From positions 1-64,000 of the forward strand of contig JADIIX010000045.1 in the NCBI GenBank assembly GCA_027604505.1: a DNA stretch of 64,000 bases. Reading direction: 5' to 3'. This stretch comes from Gonapodya sp. JEL0774 (taxonomy: Eukaryota). How positions within the stretch are numbered: position 1 is the first letter of the stretch; every line of letters begins with the position of its first letter. The notes beneath the pieces were generated by a model. That model did not search any database and was not told the DNA's origin. It worked only from the letters and a program-made list of their open reading frames with translations. Below, in pieces: positions 60,177 to 64,000 of the stretch. A program made the translations under genes and the position numbers.

Positions 60177-60885
60177 TCATCGACGGTCGTCTCGATATTG
60201 CTTGTGTCCTCCTCCGTTCTGCCGGCCACGATCTTCGCAACGTTCCCAGGCATGACTTCCTCGATGCTCGCGTGATCCACCGTATCCTTTGAACGGTTGG
60301 GTTTGCTGGTTGTCCCGCCAAGGCGGTCGCTGAGAAGAACTTTGCGACGGAAAGCTGGGTGGGCTTCGGGTCCTTCGTCCTCGCGGGCTTCGAGAACGTC
60401 GCCAAGTTGGGCTTCGTGATCGACGTGGAGGCGGGCTCCGAGAACGACGTCTGGGCGGGCTTCGGGAACGACGTCTGGGTGGGCTTCGTAATGGACGATT
60501 GGGGGGGCTTCGTGATCGACGTCGGGGTGGGCTTCGTGACCAACGTGGGGGTGGGCTTTGCGACGGTCGTTGTGACGGGCTTCGCGACCTTCGTCGGGAG
60601 GTGTCTCGAGAGGGGCGACGAGATGGGCCTCCCCGTTGTCGATACGATGAGAATTCCAACGGGTCCCAGGGTCGGTCTAAGGAAGGAATCCTCCCAAAGC
60701 CTGTTGAAGGACTCTGGCCAGGGCTTCTCGACAACCGTCGACGTGGACTTCGCGAAAATCCTCCACGTGGACTCCACGATAAGTTTCTGAGACTTCGTGA
60801 AGGGAGGTTGTTCGATGGTTGGGCATCACTCGCGGAGCCCGCCTTGTTGGGACTAAGGGGAGGAAAGGGAAGGTCACCAACTGGT
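60177..60885 (-). CDS. Terminal exon of a hypothetical gene with (RRRSRSPP)n RS/SP repeats; upstream exons probably in 61000-62230
   Basis: Open frame from the acceptor cctaccag at ~60885 to the stop at 60177, containing about 10 copies of a 24-bp unit. Confidence 0.5.
60355..60600. repeat. 24-bp coding minisatellite (gggcttcgNgaNcgacgtcNgggN)
   Basis: Directly visible periodic gggcttcg at 24-bp spacing. Confidence 0.9.
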
Positions 60886-63021
60886 AGGCGAGTGAAGGGA
60901 ATGCAAGGGGGCCAGGGGGGATATGGAACATATATCGCTGACGGAAGAGAGAAATTTTGTCAGCAAGAGAATGCTTGAAGCCGGAAACATTCAGACCCTT
61001 TCCTTTAAGTGGAATGCGAGTGTGCACCCCGCCGCCAAGCGCAATCGTCCTAACAGCAGCATCGTCCTGATTGCTAGCGCTTCCCTTTTCCGATTTCCAA
61101 CGCGTCACTTTGTTTTACGCCAAGACTCACGATTTGAGGGGGGTTGTGCGAATGGTCGGTCGTGCTTGAATTCCCACCGAACCAACAACGGAACAAGATC
61201 GGCCAAAATCGCCGGACCAATCCCGTCTAGTTTCTCCGTAATCTTTTCTGGTGAGTGGAGAATGTATGGAAATTTCGCCAGGTGGTTGAGAGCCTGGAGC
61301 GAAATTTATAAATTCGATTTGACAAGAAGATTGAAACGAGCCGAGGGCAAAACGACTATTGCTTGGAGGAGAACTCACCACCTTCAGATTCGCCCTTCGC
61401 GCACGCGCTTGCCTGCTCTTGTCCTCTTCGTGCATGAGCTTTGCAATACACTCCCAAAGGACCGGGTTCTTGTTGTTCTTTGGGCACGTGTGCCATCGCG
61501 GCATAATGGGTCTGGCCCCGCCAAACCGTCTCTGTAGCCTTTGGGACCTTTTCGGTATCTTCTGACCCCTCATTTTCGAATGGTGAATCGCAATGGGTGA
61601 AAACCACCGCTTTGATTAAGAACGAGTGGCAAGTGGAAGCGGCGGGCTGTGGCCTCACTTAGTCTGCTGGGTTTGCCTCGAAGACCGTGCACACCACATA
61701 AATGACACACAATCCAAACGTGTTTGGAATCTATCGGGCTACGATGGCTATTGTAAAGACAGTTGTGTGGAGCGTTTTTTTCACTTGCGGCCTAATTGCT
61801 TAGGGAATAGATATAGTCAAGGGCACTTACATGCTGACATAAGCCGACTCCATAATGTGCTCTTGGTCTGGACGGAAACAATAACTCTATTGAAGACTCA
61901 AATGCCAAGTACCCAATGCTCAACTCCACTGAGTTCGTTGTGTCAAGCTTCTCCCTTCCCCCGGTCAGCACGTTCATCGCGAATTTGGATTGAACTTGTT
62001 CCCGTCGATGTGACCGCGGTCGGGAGGAGAAGGGGTCAATACTCGTAAACGGCGGTGAGGGTGGGAACGTGCGTTGGGGGACTGTCGGCAGGGTAGGGCA
62101 GTTCTGAGAGAGATATGGGAGGGAAGCGTCGCGTGTTCTGGTGAGGGAGGCGGTATCAGAGTTTTGCGGAAACACAGAAACGTACTTCTTTACGTTCGCA
62201 ATGATGACTGCGTCGCCGGTGAAGGGCACTGGCTTTATCGGGAGAGGCCTAGGGATAGAGAAGTCAACACAATTTGAGCGGATTCACTTTCTGGTCATTG
62301 TGACGAAAATCCTCTCCAACTTCATTCTTCATTACTGCCACGGTGGGATCATAAAGGGGAAGAAAACAAGAGAGGAAAGTGGGTTATATAAAGGTAGCGC
62401 AATGATAATTTTGGAAGGATGCGCGTGATTCCAGAAAATGTTCAGATGAGCTTTGGACCGATCAAACACCCCCACTCACCATTCCCATAACATTTCCAAA
62501 TGTCCACATCACACTGCATTTCTGATTTTCGCCTTCGCACTCAAAGTCACTTGCTACAGCGATGCCCTCTCAAACCCAAACGCTGCTTCGGATCCGTCTC
62601 GATCTCACCGACCCTTCGACCGAAAGTGACCCTGCTCGCGTGGGGAGGAGAATCTACTCAGAGATGGTCCGTGTTGAGTGAAGGTGCGATTGGCTTGTGG
62701 ATAAGGTGGATGTGTACATTTCATTTGAAACAAGTGCAGCTGTTGCTCATTTGGAATCGGTTGGGCAGCTCTCGCGAAAAATGACATGGTTGAGCTCTTT
62801 TGCAAAACAACGTGCTTTGTTGGCTGGTTTGTTGGAACTGAGAGCACGATTTCTTTGTGCGAATGTGTAAATGAGCGACCACGTACAAAGAGATAAGTGG
62901 ATAAATTCTCTGAGGACGACAGTGCAAGGAAGGCGCAATTTGCCGACTTTCGTGCGAGAGAAATTTTTCTCTTTGTTCGCATGCTGTTGTGCGAGCAGCT
63001 CTTGTTGTTTTCATATCACAA

Positions 63022-64000
63022 ATGGACGGTCAAGATAACCAGAATCGGACTCGTTCACTTTCCTTCCTCTCCTATCCCTCCTGTGCACACAATCACCAAA
63101 GGTCTTCAATCCCTCCCGGTGTTTCCTCGCCGCCCACCCTTTCAGTTCCATCCCCGCTCCCTCTTCAAACCCTCCTTCTCCAGTCCCTTCAACCCTCCCT
63201 CCACCAGCAGCTCCCCCGCCACTACTCTCTGCAACCAACCCACGTTTCCACGTCGCTCTCCCACACTCTTCTCGCCCTTGTCCTCACACCGTTATCTCGT
63301 CCATCACCTTCTGAACCACTCCCACCTCCACAGGAAGTTCTGCTCGCCTTCGGTCTCCTCTCACCCGGAGTTTTCGCGACACGCGCAGTGTCCCTGTTTG
63401 GAACGCAAGACTCCTTTACCGACGGGGCAGACCCGTTCCTCCCACCACACCTCTCGATAACTTCTCTCGCGGCGGGTCGGACCCACTCCCTGGTCAGCGT
63501 GTCACCCTCGCTATACCATTCCGCATCCTCTTCGCATCCCTCACCTCCAGCACATCCATCACCTCCAACCATTTTTGCTTTCGGCTCATCCCGCCTCGGC
63601 CAACTGGGCCTTCCCGGACCCAATTACACCCACCCCACCGCATCACCCTTGCCAGTGCCCTTTTCCCACCGTATCCTCTCCCTTCATGCTGGCCTAGACC
63701 ACAGCCTGGCGCTTGTGTCCATCCCGGACGGCTCCGCCCTCTCCCTCTTTTCGACCGGGTGGGCCACCGATGGGCAACTCGGCCGCCCGCCATCGTCCGC
63801 CGAAGCCGATGAGAATGGGTTTGACACGATGTGGGGTCTGGTACATCTTCCTAAGCCAATCACGCTCACATCAGCGTCACAAATCGCGACCGGAGCGGAC
63901 TTCACCCTCGTGCTCGACCCGACGACCTCCTCGATCACCGCATGGGGTAACTCAGAACATCACCAGCTGCCGCTCCCGTGCAACTCCCTTGCCGCAGACC
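63022..64000 (+). CDS. RCC1-repeat protein, RCC1L/WBSCR16-like (runs off the window; first exon possibly at 62500)
   Basis: Open frame 1 to the window end: LAAGRTHSLV, IFAFGSSRLGQLG, HAGLDHSLAL..STGWATDGQLG, IATGADFTLVL..AWGNSEHHQL. The GRxHSL, GxDHSL/GWxxDGQ and WGNSE pattern resembles RCC1L. Confidence 0.75.
   Translation, partial: MDGQDNQNRTRSLSFLSYPSCAHNHQRSSIPPGVSSPPTLSVPSPLPLQTLLLQSLQPSLHQQLPRHYSLQPTHVSTSLSHTLLALVLTPLSRPSPSEPLPPPQEVLLAFGLLSPGVFATRAVSLFGTQDSFTDGADPFLPPHLSITSLAAGRTHSLVSVSPSLYHSASSSHPSPPAHPSPPTIFAFGSSRLGQLGLPGPNYTHPTASPLPVPFSHRILSLHAGLDHSLALVSIPDGSALSLFSTGWATDGQLGRPPSSAEADENGFDTMWGLVHLPKPITLTSASQIATGADFTLVLDPTTSSITAWGNSEHHQLPLPCNSLAAD

Overview
Intron-rich eukaryotic DNA, most likely from a zoosporic (flagellated) early-diverging fungus such as a chytrid or monoblepharid. 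This is inferred from an axonemal dynein intermediate chain (DNAI4/WDR78), a cobalamin chaperone (MMADHC), NME6 and a fungal Yvc1/TRPY-type channel occurring together. I reconstructed about 20 genes by hand from the ORF track and splice signals. Signalling genes: a class-A-like GPCR, two plant-type LRR surface proteins (one transmembrane with a cytoplasmic RVxW PP1-docking motif, one GPI-type) and a ~2,000-aa MAP2K. Hydrolases: acyl-protein thioesterase, a DmpA/S58 peptidase, a secreted M19/SCDase-like amidohydrolase, a bacterial-type acetylpolyamine amidohydrolase, M14 carboxypeptidase and MetAP1. Others: DNAI4, a tautomerase, TRPY, SAS10/UTP3, NME6, MMADHC, an F-box pseudogene, an RS-repeat gene and the 5' part of an RCC1L-like gene. 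Non-genic structure: an exon-delimited inverted duplication (1.7-3.5 kb) and a CpG-depleted transposon-relic region (50.5-55.9 kb) containing a deleted Copia relic with a MITE inserted in its 3' LTR. No rRNA, tRNA or CRISPR was found. Family assignments rest on motif recognition only (no searches were run), and exon boundaries are manual estimates.
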